Of a stretch of 64,000 bases of DNA, positions 27,665 through 37,317 are shown in pieces. Made by a program: the position numbers and the translations under genes. The stretch lies in the IMG/VR virus record IMGVR_UViG_3300009509_000016. The stretch is one strand, 5' to 3'. Source of the DNA: a virus. Within the stretch, counting starts at the first letter, position 1, and every line of letters begins with the position of its first letter. The notes under the pieces were generated by a model. The model saw nothing but the letters and a program-made list of their open reading frames with translations, made no database searches and was not told the DNA's origin.

Positions 27665-28147
27665 TTATTTCCTCTCCATCTTTTCTAGTATATCAACTAG
27701 AAAGTTATATATCTGATCTTCAGAAAGACGGTCTGCAACCTGTATTGCAAGATAGGCTAGATCTTCATGTTCCAATGCTGGATAAAGAACGTGAAGTGCT
27801 TCATGTATAGCTGATACTACTAAATATCCCCTAGGATCTAATATAAATAGAGCTTCACATCCCTTAATTGGTTCTTCTAGCATCCAGAAATGACCATCAT
27901 CTGCTTCATTGCACAGAAAATGAACCAAGACTTCTTTCATTTGAATAAGTCTTTTAACTTGGTTCAGTAGATACAATGCCACACCTTTTGTGATTTCAGT
28001 GAAGTCTGGATGTACTCTGGCAGTCAGTTCACAAAGCTCACATGATCCCTCACAATTGGAACATATTTTACAGTGTGGGCAAATATATTCATCTTCTTTA
28101 CCACATTTACCACAATTCAATTCCATATCCATCAAAAGGTTCTTCAA
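27665..28147 (-). CDS. Zinc-finger protein (multi-Cys N-terminus)
   Basis: CGKCGKEDEYICPHCKICSNCEGSCELC. Confidence 0.55.
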   Translation of the reverse strand: MKNLLMDMELNCGKCGKEDEYICPHCKICSNCEGSCELCELTARVHPDFTEITKGVALYLLNQVKRLIQMKEVLVHFLCNEADDGHFWMLEEPIKGCEALFILDPRGYLVVSAIHEALHVLYPALEHEDLAYLAIQVADRLSEDQIYNFLVDILEKMERK

Positions 28148-28883
28148 GTCTTAGTTGTTCTTCTAGCCTTTCTATTTCAGTATCAGCTTCACTAATTAGT
28201 GAAGATCCATCCATAGTTATTCCTACATTACCTATAGATGTGAATCCTTCAAATTTTCTTCTTATCAATCCTAATGTCTTTTTAGATAGTGCAGTTGCAT
28301 AGTCATATACCCAGACTTCATCATATAGATTTCTAGCAACATCAGATTCAAGAACATATGCACGTACTAAAATAATTCCAGGGGAGTTCCAGTTAGTTCC
28401 CTGGATAGTCATAGTACCACCAGATGGTGGTGGTGGATTTATTTCTATTTGATTTGTATATCTATGGTATCTAAAATTATATGCATCAGGTATATATTTT
28501 CGTAGGTCTTCCAGGAAGTTTCTTGCAATATGGTATGATAAAATAGAGTATTCTCCCTGTGTATGTGTAATAAAATCATACAATCCTTGGTTATATAAAT
28601 AGTTTTCTATAGTAAAAAGAGTGTTAATACTACCTGCTTGTTCAGTAGAATAATTAATAACTTCTACAACATCGTCTGGTAAATCATACATTGTTTGACC
28701 AGCAGAAAGAGGAAGTGTGAAGTATTTTTCAGTTGTTGCAGCACCTACTGCCCATTTTTTCCATTTCTGCACAGTGTAATTAATATGATCAATAACAGTT
28801 GCATCATCTAGTTCTACTTTAACTACAGGATGCCCCAAACGTCTTTTTATTCTTTCTACTAGTTCGTCTTTGGTTATAGCCAT
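28107..28883 (-). CDS. Hypothetical protein (258 aa), possible head-completion/neck protein
   Basis: Immediately downstream of terminase large subunit. Confidence 0.55.
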   Translation of the reverse strand: MAITKDELVERIKRRLGHPVVKVELDDATVIDHINYTVQKWKKWAVGAATTEKYFTLPLSAGQTMYDLPDDVVEVINYSTEQAGSINTLFTIENYLYNQGLYDFITHTQGEYSILSYHIARNFLEDLRKYIPDAYNFRYHRYTNQIEINPPPPSGGTMTIQGTNWNSPGIILVRAYVLESDVARNLYDEVWVYDYATALSKKTLGLIRRKFEGFTSIGNVGITMDGSSLISEADTEIERLEEQLRLEEPFDGYGIELW

Positions 28884-28888
28884 TTAAA

Positions 28889-30496
28889 TTATCCTCCAAA
28901 CATTACCTTTGAATCATCTAACCAACTCCAGTCTTCTACTTCTGTGTCTATATCGGTTAGAATGCCCCAAACATCATCTTTCTCTTCTTTATTTTCTTGT
29001 TGTTTTACAGATCCATCCTCATTCAATGTATATTCTTCTTCGAAAATGTTCATCTCAAGGACAAAGACTGCCCAATACAATGCAGAAATGAGATCATCAG
29101 GCATTTCCTTTCCAAAGAATTTTCCATTTTCTTCGACAAAGGAAGTTAATTGATCTAATGTTTCTTCATCAACTAGATCTAGACTACCATCTTCAATAAG
29201 TCTTTTCATTAAAAGAACTGCCATAGGTTTGGTAGATTTTGTAGCTCTAATACCAAGATCCTTTGTTTTAGATCCAGTATTAACTAGATTTTCGTTTTCA
29301 TATTCCCACCACAGTCTATTAACAACAACTGCACCTTCTGCATTATTTTCAACCATTGTATATGCATTATTGTAATAATACGATAGTCTATTGACAAGTT
29401 CAGAGAACTTATAGACATCTATCATGTTATTCCAATAAACTGCAACTTGTCTCATCTTAACAGGACTGAGAGTTACTAGTTCAAGAATTTGTACTGCTGA
29501 ATAGTGTTCTCCAGTTCCCTTTCCGGTATCAACACCAAGGATATATGAAGATCCTTCTTTTGGTTTTTCATAAATGTAAAGGTGACCATTAAGATCTTCT
29601 ATAAGAGGATCTTGGAACCTCTCCACTATGATCTCCAGAACATCAGGATCAATAACAGTGCTTGCAGATCCAAGAAATTCAACTTCATGTTCTTGATTGA
29701 ATCTCTGCTTACTGCCAAGGTTCTTAAGCTCTTGCTCTGCCCACTTCTCATCTCTGCCAGGAACTTGTCTCCAGTTGACCTTGGTGGTTTTAAATTCATT
29801 ATCCCCTCTTTCTGCTTTTACCCAGAGTTTATGGAAGAGGTTATGCATACCATTAGGAGTGGAGATAACAATTACTTTTGATTGTTTTGATGCTGATATA
29901 GTTGGATAGTTTGCTGCCCAGAAATCTTTTGCCATATTTTTAGGAACGAATGCAAACTCATCACAAATCAGGAGGTTCATGGTTTGGCCACGAAAAGCAT
30001 CTTCTGTTGTTGCCGATATCATGATTTGAGTTTCATTATCAAAAGTAACACCAGTTTTTTGATATTCTTTAACTCCAGGCTTTAACCAAGTAGGTAATCT
30101 CTCATACATCTTTTTTAGCCTGTTAAGAATCATCTTTGCACTGCTTTCTTTATTTGAAACAATACCAATTACTTTATCTGGATTAAAGATAGCATACCAT
30201 AATGCATAGACACCAACAGCAGTTGTTTTTCCAGACTGTCTAGCTAATAAACCTATATTGAATCTGTTTTTTTGGAATTTTTTCAGGAGGACTTTTTGAT
30301 AGTCATAAGGATCAAAGACAATCTCCCCACGGTCAGGATGGACAATCTTTACATAGGGAAGAAATTCATTGATATCTTTCATGCAGTTTTGTAGTGCAAG
30401 GATCTGCCAATCTTCGAACTCATGTTCTTCGAAAGGTCTCTTTACAAAACTGTCATATCTGATTGCCAAACAAAACCCTCCTACATAACTCTTCAT
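28889..30496 (-). CDS. gp17: Terminase large subunit (T4 gp17-like)
   Basis: Walker A LLARQSGKTT, VTFDNETQIM, LICDEFAFVP align with T4 gp17 LSRQLGKTT, IELDNGS, IEDCAFIP. Confidence 0.9.
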   Translation of the reverse strand: MKSYVGGFCLAIRYDSFVKRPFEEHEFEDWQILALQNCMKDINEFLPYVKIVHPDRGEIVFDPYDYQKVLLKKFQKNRFNIGLLARQSGKTTAVGVYALWYAIFNPDKVIGIVSNKESSAKMILNRLKKMYERLPTWLKPGVKEYQKTGVTFDNETQIMISATTEDAFRGQTMNLLICDEFAFVPKNMAKDFWAANYPTISASKQSKVIVISTPNGMHNLFHKLWVKAERGDNEFKTTKVNWRQVPGRDEKWAEQELKNLGSKQRFNQEHEVEFLGSASTVIDPDVLEIIVERFQDPLIEDLNGHLYIYEKPKEGSSYILGVDTGKGTGEHYSAVQILELVTLSPVKMRQVAVYWNNMIDVYKFSELVNRLSYYYNNAYTMVENNAEGAVVVNRLWWEYENENLVNTGSKTKDLGIRATKSTKPMAVLLMKRLIEDGSLDLVDEETLDQLTSFVEENGKFFGKEMPDDLISALYWAVFVLEMNIFEEEYTLNEDGSVKQQENKEEKDDVWGILTDIDTEVEDWSWLDDSKVMFGG

Positions 30497-30530
30497 CTAT
30501 ATTTATATGTAGGAGGGCAATATTTAAAAA

Positions 30531-32108
30531 TTATGGTCTTCTTTGGGGTGTTTTTGCTGCTTGTGTTGGGTTCCCTTTCTTCTGCATTTTTTCAAGAATT
30601 TGTAATTGGACTTCATCTCCCTTTAAGAAGACAACTAAAAGTTTTGCTTCATTTCTTAGAATAGTATCTAAATAAACATCACGTTCAGTTAGATTATATA
30701 TGTGCTTCATTGTTTCTGTTGTATATTTCATATCCAGATCTAAGCCAGTGTGTCTATGAACAAATAGAGTGCCATTTCTGAAATTGCCATCAACTACTTC
30801 TATCTTAGGGACTCTGCTATGAGCAAAGCTATTTATAATTGCTTCTCTTATTTCTTTGGGATCATGATCTGTTCTTACAAGATCAACAGTTGTCATTGTT
30901 TCCATCAATCCCCATAGATAGAGGTTAAGTTTGTCAATCATTTCTACAGTGAAGAAGTCTTGGAAAAAGAACCAGTCCATATATGATTGCATTACTTCTA
31001 GGCACTTATCCCATCCCTTCATTTCTTTGGTATCCCAATTTTCTTTCTCTTTGATGCTTTTACAATCTTCCCATTCATATCCATATCTTCCTTTGTTCCA
31101 TCTTTCTTCTATATCATAGAACATAGTTGAGCCAACAAGATAAGGATTAAGTTGAGTGGGGTTTTCTGCTTTGATTCTTGCATTACTATCATTGAATGAA
31201 GCATGATCTGCTGTTGAGAGGATGCCTTTGTCGAAAAGCATTTTCATTATCTTCTCATGAATAATAGTTGCCCATCCCTCATTCATGAACTGAGTTCTTA
31301 TTATTGGCCAGAGAAATCTTCCCTCTTCTCTCAATACTTCTAAAATATCTTTCTGCCAATTTTCTAGTATCCTGGAGTTATCAATAATCCATCTAAGAAT
31401 GTCTTCAGTTGGTTCAACAGGATTTTTTAATCTTAATTGTCGTTTAAGTCTTTCATTGTAAATTTCTATATCAGCTATTTCTAGCTTCTTTGGTTTGTCT
31501 GGAGAATCCAGAGGAAAGTCCCTGAACTCTGACTTTCTTTCAAAAGACCTTTGCATTCTTTTTTGATGATATATTCTTTCTCTCTTTTCATCTTCAGTTT
31601 CATTATCAAATGGACTACTATGATACTGTATTGAGTGACCAGCATCTACAATTTTTTCCACTTCCCTAACACCAAAACGTCTTTCATAATCCAGGAATCT
31701 TCTCTTGGCTTCACTCATGACATCTAAAAAATCCACTCTCATTTCCTTAAACCATTTGTTCATGGTGAAGAAAGTGACATGACCAAAGACATGTGCCATG
31801 ACTGTACAATGAACAGGGAAGGTGTTAGAGTTCATTAGATATGCTCTTGCAGGATTTCCATGGACAACAACTTCATATGGAAGACCTCTACCTATTTTTT
31901 CATGGATGGTTCTTAATCTCTCATAGTCCCTTCCATACTTCCAGTTGGAAATTTGTTGAGGACTTCTATATGCCATGATCTCAAGCATCTTCATATCAGG
32001 CACAACATCAAATTCAATTGGCAGGTATGTCAGTTTAAGTTCGTCAGTGACAAACTTTTCTATAACTTTCTCTACCTTTACTAATTTCTGTAGCTCTTGT
32101 TTTTTCAT
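30531..32108 (-). CDS. spoVR: SpoVR/YcgB family protein
   Basis: 525 aa; ATGA-coupled directly downstream of PrkA and DUF444 genes in the conserved bacterial order; size matches YcgB/SpoVR. Confidence 0.75.
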   Translation of the reverse strand: MKKQELQKLVKVEKVIEKFVTDELKLTYLPIEFDVVPDMKMLEIMAYRSPQQISNWKYGRDYERLRTIHEKIGRGLPYEVVVHGNPARAYLMNSNTFPVHCTVMAHVFGHVTFFTMNKWFKEMRVDFLDVMSEAKRRFLDYERRFGVREVEKIVDAGHSIQYHSSPFDNETEDEKRERIYHQKRMQRSFERKSEFRDFPLDSPDKPKKLEIADIEIYNERLKRQLRLKNPVEPTEDILRWIIDNSRILENWQKDILEVLREEGRFLWPIIRTQFMNEGWATIIHEKIMKMLFDKGILSTADHASFNDSNARIKAENPTQLNPYLVGSTMFYDIEERWNKGRYGYEWEDCKSIKEKENWDTKEMKGWDKCLEVMQSYMDWFFFQDFFTVEMIDKLNLYLWGLMETMTTVDLVRTDHDPKEIREAIINSFAHSRVPKIEVVDGNFRNGTLFVHRHTGLDLDMKYTTETMKHIYNLTERDVYLDTILRNEAKLLVVFLKGDEVQLQILEKMQKKGNPTQAAKTPQRRP

Positions 32109-33457
32109 GTACTAGCCCTTTCAAATAACATGTGCTTGAGTGCAGGATAAACATGGTTCTTGTTTTTGATTATACATGCAAGAACTCTTTTATTTGGATC
32201 TTTATAGAAGACTGTTCCTTCTTCTTTTGTTTCAGAAAAATTGAATTTCTTCTTAAAATAACTCATCAAACCACCTTGATAACCAATTGCTGATGCAAGC
32301 TGTACAGCACCGAAAGGACCATAATCTTCTAGATTTTCATCCAAATTGATTTCAGTATATGCCAACATATTGATATTTTTTCTTAGCATTATATCAACTT
32401 CTTCCATGGTTCTATCAGGATCAAAGTCTTCACCATCACTGATATAAACAGAATAGATGTTCCATTCATCAACAGGAAATTCTGTTTCTATTAGATAGTT
32501 AACTTTTTCAAAAGCAGTATAACAAAAAGTTCCACCACTTTCACCCTTATAGAAGAAGTGATCTTCATCAACACGTTCAGCATGTGTGGTATGAATGATG
32601 AAGACAATTTCAACAAACTCATATTTCTTCTTTAGAAATTCTGTTAACCAGAAGAGCATAGATCTGGCTAGATACTTTTTATTTTGTGTCATTGATCCAG
32701 AGGAATCCATCATTGCAAAGACTACAGCATTGCTATGAATCTCTACATCTTCTTCTATCTGCTTATACCTTAGATCATCGTCTTCAAAATAAACACCACC
32801 AGTTGGTGGAATATCAACCAGAGTGTTAGTTTTGATTAGATGAATTGCTATTTCAAGATCACCTTCAGCTTGCTCTAGACCAGCATATGCTGTTTCTTCA
32901 GTACATCCGGTTTCTTCTATAATATCTTTAACAAAGATATTTGTTCTTGCTATAGCTTCTTTTAGGGTTCTAAGCTTATGGATTCTTGAGAAAGCACCTT
33001 TCTTTGTAATTGATTCGAATTTCCATCCTTTAGGAATCAATTGTTGTGCTTTTGTCTTTTCTTCAATCCATGGTAGACCAAGATCCTCAAACATTATCTG
33101 AAGAAGATAATCAATATCAACTTCAGTTTCCATGAAATCTATTCCTGGTCTGTTTCCAGCTTTTTTCCCATCTTGCTTTTGCTGCTTACGTTTTTGATCA
33201 ATGACATCTCCAGGTTTTGCTGGACCTTGACCAGCACCACCACCACCTTTACCGATACCATAGATAAATCTATAATCACGTAAACCTTTAACAGGAATAC
33301 GAACTATTTTTTCCCCTCTTTTAGTGATAATAGAGGAATCAGCAATAGCATCTCTTACATTCTCTCTAATTGCCTTATCTATCTTTTGTCTATGTCTTTC
33401 GGCATCCTTTCTACCCTTTTCGGATAGACTCCAATCATCATGGACAATTATTGCCAT
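32105..33457 (-). CDS. yeaH: YeaH/YhbH family (DUF444) vWA-domain protein
   Basis: 450 aa; MIDAS-like FAMMDSSGSM vWA motif; Gly-rich KGGGGAGQGPAKPGD segment; partner of PrkA. Confidence 0.8.
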   Translation of the reverse strand: MAIIVHDDWSLSEKGRKDAERHRQKIDKAIRENVRDAIADSSIITKRGEKIVRIPVKGLRDYRFIYGIGKGGGGAGQGPAKPGDVIDQKRKQQKQDGKKAGNRPGIDFMETEVDIDYLLQIMFEDLGLPWIEEKTKAQQLIPKGWKFESITKKGAFSRIHKLRTLKEAIARTNIFVKDIIEETGCTEETAYAGLEQAEGDLEIAIHLIKTNTLVDIPPTGGVYFEDDDLRYKQIEEDVEIHSNAVVFAMMDSSGSMTQNKKYLARSMLFWLTEFLKKKYEFVEIVFIIHTTHAERVDEDHFFYKGESGGTFCYTAFEKVNYLIETEFPVDEWNIYSVYISDGEDFDPDRTMEEVDIMLRKNINMLAYTEINLDENLEDYGPFGAVQLASAIGYQGGLMSYFKKKFNFSETKEEGTVFYKDPNKRVLACIIKNKNHVYPALKHMLFERAST

Positions 33458-33498
33458 TTATACCATCCTTTTTGTTTTAATTGGTAAGAAATTACCTG

Positions 33499-35460
33499 TT
33501 AGCCTTCTCTTCTTAGGATTTCACCTACGAATGCAAGCAGGTTATTTGCACAATGATCACAATAACCATTTTCTAGTAACCTATCAATAGCTTCAACTCT
33601 TCTTCTCTTTGTTTTCTTGTCAGTCTTAGAAGGATCTGCCAGAGTTAGGCTTACAACATTCTTGAGGTCAGACATTAACTTCTTCTCAATAGCTTCTTTT
33701 AGAGAAGGATAAGATTTGAAGGTAAACTTCTCTCCCCTATCTTGAGCAGAAGATTTGTGTACAAAGATGCCATTTCGGAACTCAGCTTTGGAATTGACCG
33801 GAATGTTAATTAGCTCTTCAATAGACCTCATTAACTTTTCATCAGGATCAGTATATTCACCTGTGATACTGTCATGCACCTTTTGCTTTAAACAGAAGGC
33901 TTCAACATTTCTCATGTAGTTATCGAATAATGTATTTGCTTGCTCTTCATAAGCATGGAGGAATGCAACATTGACTTCCCTTTTTGCAATCTCTTTGTAC
34001 TCAGAACTTACACTGTCTTTCTCACCAATTAACATTCCTTCGAAACGTGATTGATCTTCATCTGAAATTCCCACATGATGTGAGAAGTGATCTCTTAGTG
34101 CTCTTATTGCATCAATAGGATTGATACAATTTCTTTCTTCTCTTGCACCAAGGGCAACATTGAGAGCATTGATAACAAAACGTGGAGAGATACCAGACAT
34201 ACCTTCTCCCTGTGATCTACCCTCTTCTCTAAGAGCCTTAACATCAAACTCTTCTTTTTTGAAATCATCTACAATTTCATCATTGTAGATTTTCATCTTC
34301 TTTACGAGATTGTCTACCTTGGCAGATTGAACGAGTCTTGAAAGAACTGCCCACTGTGCTGCTACCTTTAATGTATTGGGAGCAATATGCACATTGGCAA
34401 AATCTGACTCTGCAATCATCTTTTGATAAATCTTAATTTCATCATCTACCCTTACATTGTAGGGAACCTTTACAACATACATTCTATCGTGGAGTGCTTC
34501 ATTCTCCTGCTTCCCTCTGAATTTATCAAATTCAGTTTGGTTAGTATGTGAAAGGAGTAGAGTATCTATATATATCTGAGGAAATCTAGGTGCCTTGATT
34601 ACCTGCTCTTGAGCAACAGTAATAAGGACAAAGTGAAATTTGATATCAGCTTTTAAGATTTCGATATATTCAACCAAACCACGGTTAGCTACTTGCAATT
34701 CACCATCAAATTGATATGCTTTTGGATGTGATTCACCATGTCTTGCAAGTTTTGCCATGTTAACAGAACCAATTAGTTCTGATATATCTTGTGATTTTGG
34801 GTCAGATGGTTGAAAAGTACCGATACCAGTTCTTCTTTGTTCGGAAAATACCATAGTTTCAACTTGCATGTCTTCCCATTTTATTGAACCATCTTCATCA
34901 GTATAGTCATTATCAAGACGATATTGACATACAGGGCAAAGATTACCTTCAATCTTTACACCAAGTTCTTCTTGCCACATTGGTCTATCCCATGCAGGAA
35001 TAAGATGTAAAGGATCTTCATGCATAGGGCAACCTTTTATTTTATATGCAGGGATATCGAATAATTCAAGTCCTCTTTTCATCCAGTAAGCAATAGTGCT
35101 TTTACCAGATGCAACAGGACCAACAAGCATTAAAATTCTTTTACCTGTTTCAGTTCTCTTTGCAGAAGCATTGAGGAACCTCATCATATCATGAATGGGT
35201 TCATAAGAACCATATATTTTGTCATTGAAGAAATTGTATTTAACGATGTCTTCATAACCTCTAGTACGATGTTCTTCAGGTAGGTCTTCAGTACCATAAG
35301 ACATCATCATGCTATAGATACGTCCAGGGGCAAACAGAGCAATCCTTGGATCTTTCTTCACCATCTCCAAGTATTGTAAACAAGTTCCTTCCCATTGTTC
35401 TCTTTTATATTTCGGTCTCTGTTTTTCGATTATTTCTCTTAGCCTATCCATATCAGCCAT
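33499..35460 (-). CDS. prkA: PrkA/YeaG-family serine protein kinase (AAA+ N-domain)
   Basis: Walker A LMLVGPVASGKST; DRMYVVKVPYNVRVDDEIKIYQKMI aligns with E. coli YeaG DRVYIVKVPYCLRISEEIKIYEKLL; 653 aa. Confidence 0.9.
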   Translation of the reverse strand: MADMDRLREIIEKQRPKYKREQWEGTCLQYLEMVKKDPRIALFAPGRIYSMMMSYGTEDLPEEHRTRGYEDIVKYNFFNDKIYGSYEPIHDMMRFLNASAKRTETGKRILMLVGPVASGKSTIAYWMKRGLELFDIPAYKIKGCPMHEDPLHLIPAWDRPMWQEELGVKIEGNLCPVCQYRLDNDYTDEDGSIKWEDMQVETMVFSEQRRTGIGTFQPSDPKSQDISELIGSVNMAKLARHGESHPKAYQFDGELQVANRGLVEYIEILKADIKFHFVLITVAQEQVIKAPRFPQIYIDTLLLSHTNQTEFDKFRGKQENEALHDRMYVVKVPYNVRVDDEIKIYQKMIAESDFANVHIAPNTLKVAAQWAVLSRLVQSAKVDNLVKKMKIYNDEIVDDFKKEEFDVKALREEGRSQGEGMSGISPRFVINALNVALGAREERNCINPIDAIRALRDHFSHHVGISDEDQSRFEGMLIGEKDSVSSEYKEIAKREVNVAFLHAYEEQANTLFDNYMRNVEAFCLKQKVHDSITGEYTDPDEKLMRSIEELINIPVNSKAEFRNGIFVHKSSAQDRGEKFTFKSYPSLKEAIEKKLMSDLKNVVSLTLADPSKTDKKTKRRRVEAIDRLLENGYCDHCANNLLAFVGEILRREG

Positions 35461-35944
35461 TATCTTCTCCTTGTTCTAGTTGTTTCACATCAGGGGCAGA
35501 ACCCCCACCTTTGCCTTCTCTGAGTATCTTTAGAATACTCTCTCTATCAGTCACAAGTATTTGTTGTGTGCCTGATCTACCACTACCGATTTGCTTGATT
35601 TGAATTTCCTTTTCCTTTAACCTTAACACACTATTTCTGATTTGTAAATATGCCTTGTTATATTCGTCAGAAATAATAGAGTTAGCAGCATTAGTTACAG
35701 CATTGATAAGCTGTGCCATAACCTCTGCTTTCCTTGCACTTACTTTTCTTGTTTCCTTGGCATCATCTTCTAAGATATCTAGAATACGGTTTGCTCTGGA
35801 AATGTTATCAGAAAGGACTTGATCAGGGTTTGACTCACTCTTAAACTTATTTATAGAAAGACTGCCTGTAATCTCAGCAATCTCTGCTTCTAATATTTCC
35901 ATCTCTAGTTCTTCAGCTAGTTTTTCTTCATTAATTTTCGGCAT
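35453..35944 (-). CDS. Hypothetical protein (163 aa)
   Basis: AAGGAGA RBS; first gene of transcription unit continuing into prkA. Confidence 0.55.
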   Translation of the reverse strand: MPKINEEKLAEELEMEILEAEIAEITGSLSINKFKSESNPDQVLSDNISRANRILDILEDDAKETRKVSARKAEVMAQLINAVTNAANSIISDEYNKAYLQIRNSVLRLKEKEIQIKQIGSGRSGTQQILVTDRESILKILREGKGGGSAPDVKQLEQGEDNG

Positions 35945-36019
35945 AAAAATTCTCCTTGGTCATTTCTTATTATTTATTATAATACATGGCAGTATCTATG
36001 TAAACCTAGGAGAGAAAAT

Positions 36020-36051
36020 AAAAAACCCCTGTGAGCCTAGACCCACAGGGG
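36020..36051 (-). terminator. Rho-independent terminator after major capsid gene
   Basis: Stem cccctgtg(36026-36033)/ccacagggg(36043-36051); on minus strand followed by TTTTTTATTTT. Confidence 0.75.
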
Positions 36052-36077
36052 TAAACTTACGTGATGTCAGTTAGACA

Positions 36078-37295
36078 TTACGGAAGGTTGACTACCTTAA
36101 TGTACTGATAGTAGTTCTGTGAACCGAATAGCAAGTCAGTGGTACAACCACCGTAAATTGCATATCTGCTCATCAAACCTACTGTTGGTTGGAATGAGTC
36201 TTCAAAGGTTGCTCTCATTGCAAGTAATTGGATATAAGGTAGATAGATAACACCAGCATCGTACTCAGACGGACCCTTGTAACCTACGATAACTTCGTCT
36301 TGGGTTGCAAAAGTATCACGGTAAACAGTGATTCTACCGTCAAGAGAACCAAGTCTAGCTACTCCGGTTGGAGCAGTGCTTGCATCACCAGGAACAGGAG
36401 CAATGGTGAAGGAAGGCATGGTTTCAAAAGCAACTGCTACGTTTGGTGAAACGATTATAAAGTTACCGGAACCACGTCTAGTGTTAATTGCAATTTGGTT
36501 AGTCTTTCTGATAACCAAATTCCAGAGGTTTCTGTATTTCTCAGCTTCCCACCTACCGTCAACTGTTACTGTATCATTGTAATCAAATTTTGCTGAAGTT
36601 GCAACGGATGCAGTTGCAGCACATCTGATTTCATAGATCAATTCACGGTCAATTTCCTGGGTGATTTCGTAAGCCAAGATATCCATCATTTCCTCTTCGA
36701 TATCGAGACCATGCATAGCCTTGAGGTCTTGTGCAACTTCAAGGGACCATCTTGATCTCAACTTACGAGTTTTTGCTTCTACCTGTTTCTTTTCAACTGT
36801 CATGTTGACTTCTTTGATTGCAACACCACTACCGATACCTAGACCTTGCCCTTGATCCCAAGGGGTTGTCATATTGGAGCCTAGAGCTTCACCAGCAGTT
36901 GTTACAACTGAACCAGTGTAAGATCTATCAATAGTGTTGTACCCTAGTTCCACACCAGGAGGTGAAGGTGTACCTGCATAGGTTTGACCTGCTCTGAATC
37001 TCAAAGCAAATGCCAATCCAACAGGACCAGTCAATGGCTGAACACCCACGATTTCATGAGCTACTAACTCAGGAAATGTACGTCTTACCATAGGTACTGC
37101 AATTTTATAGAAGTCACCAGAAGTAGCATAAGGACCACTTCTTGCAAGGGAACCTTCAGTATAACTTGATTCCATCAAGTAGTTATGTTCGTTCTCAAGC
37201 ATAACAGCAGTAGACTTCATAACTTTAGGGTTAGTAATCTTCTTGCCCTCATTGAGAACTTCTTCCCACTTTTTAACTAATTCTTTTACGTTCAT
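36078..37295 (-). CDS. gp23: Major capsid protein (T4 gp23-like)
   Basis: KIAVPMVRRTFPELVAHEIVGVQPLTGPVGLAFALR, EVAQDLKAMHG, GNFIIVSPNV, VGYKGPSEYDAGVIYLPYI align with T4 gp23. Confidence 0.9.
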   Translation of the reverse strand: MNVKELVKKWEEVLNEGKKITNPKVMKSTAVMLENEHNYLMESSYTEGSLARSGPYATSGDFYKIAVPMVRRTFPELVAHEIVGVQPLTGPVGLAFALRFRAGQTYAGTPSPPGVELGYNTIDRSYTGSVVTTAGEALGSNMTTPWDQGQGLGIGSGVAIKEVNMTVEKKQVEAKTRKLRSRWSLEVAQDLKAMHGLDIEEEMMDILAYEITQEIDRELIYEIRCAATASVATSAKFDYNDTVTVDGRWEAEKYRNLWNLVIRKTNQIAINTRRGSGNFIIVSPNVAVAFETMPSFTIAPVPGDASTAPTGVARLGSLDGRITVYRDTFATQDEVIVGYKGPSEYDAGVIYLPYIQLLAMRATFEDSFQPTVGLMSRYAIYGGCTTDLLFGSQNYYQYIKVVNLP

Positions 37296-37317
37296 ACTCA
37301 GTTTCCCTCCTTATTTA

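Noticed and set aside
30500-30507. TATAAATA (minus strand) as a late promoter for the terminase gene
   Set aside because: It lies only 3 nt upstream of the ATG, so a transcript starting downstream of it would lack the start codon. In a genome of about 35% GC a chance occurrence is plausible.
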